This document shows positions 63,616-64,000 of a stretch of 64,000 bases of DNA, in pieces; position 1 is the first letter of the stretch; each line of letters starts with the position of its first letter. This stretch comes from Patellaria atrata CBS 101060 (Eukaryota), in assembly GCA_010093705.1 (NCBI GenBank), contig MU006089.1, positions 2,653,561 to 2,717,560 on the forward strand, read 5' to 3'. The translations under genes and the position numbers were made by a program. The notes below the pieces were generated by a model, which did no database searches, had not been told where the DNA came from, and saw only the letters and a list, made by a program, of their open reading frames with translations.

Positions 63616-64000
63616 TCATGTAGTGGTAGCGTTAGTGCCATTCGAGAAGGGAAACACTTGCGACAATGCTTTCTGGAAGACACCAACATTGTAATCGATC
63701 AATGCCTTCTTTTCCGCTGGGCTGTCGTCACCCATTAGACAGACAAGCGCGAGATATCTGATGTTGATATTAGTTACAGATCAAATCTGTAAACAGTCAA
63801 ATGCATCCTGGTATCTTACTTGTTGATTTCCTTTAAGTAAAGGTAGTTATTTCCCTTCCTTTCCATTGTTATTAAACTTTCGCAGTCAGTACCACCTGTC
63901 TCCTCAATCTCGCTTTCACTTTCACCATTCTCATTCGGGCGTTCCCATCCGTAAATCTCGCCAATATCAACCACTACATCAATATAGTCAGAACATATTT
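63616..64000 (-). CDS. GTR2: Rag GTPase Gtr2/RagC, C-terminal roadblock domain only; gene continues beyond the window and is missing from the ORF track
   Basis: The minus strand reads ICSDYIDVVVDIGEIYG...YLLLKEINK|YLALVCLM..KKALIDYNVGVFQKALSQVF...*, matching the RagC/D C-terminus. Intron at 63758-63819. Confidence 0.88.

Overview
This is intron-rich eukaryotic DNA (GT-AG introns with CTAAC/CTGAC branch points) from a filamentous ascomycete. I can support about 24 protein-coding loci: a BTB/POZ protein (5' truncated), RPS5, a coiled-coil KEN-box protein, a GH13_5-type intracellular alpha-amylase, a Zn2Cys6 transcription factor followed upstream by about 6.8 kb of gene-free DNA, a DUF1989 protein, a multi-TM hypothetical protein, a membrane-anchored SAM methyltransferase, a MIF/tautomerase-domain protein, CENP-X/MHF2, a repeat-bearing secreted cupredoxin, the mitochondrial phosphate carrier MIR1, a PhoD phosphatase, a TM aspartic pseudo-protease, a Ser/Thr-rich surface protein, a GMC oxidoreductase, a carnosine N-methyltransferase-like gene head-to-head with a PAC4-like chaperone, a GH27 alpha-galactosidase pseudogene, an orphan coiled-coil gene, a large uncharacterised Zn-finger protein with a Gly/Cys tail, RPS25, a cytochrome-b5/MAPR protein and the 3' end of GTR2. 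I found no tRNA, rRNA, CRISPR array, intact transposon or PKS/NRPS gene. The three most interesting leads are: (1) the 56.5-59.5 kb protein, which may be a permuted papain-like enzyme with a (GGC)n tail; (2) the GH27 gene, whose four nonsense codons are all TAG at conserved Trp positions; (3) the Tyr/His/Met/Pro tandem repeat fused to a type-1 copper domain. All family calls come from motif recognition by eye; no searches were run.
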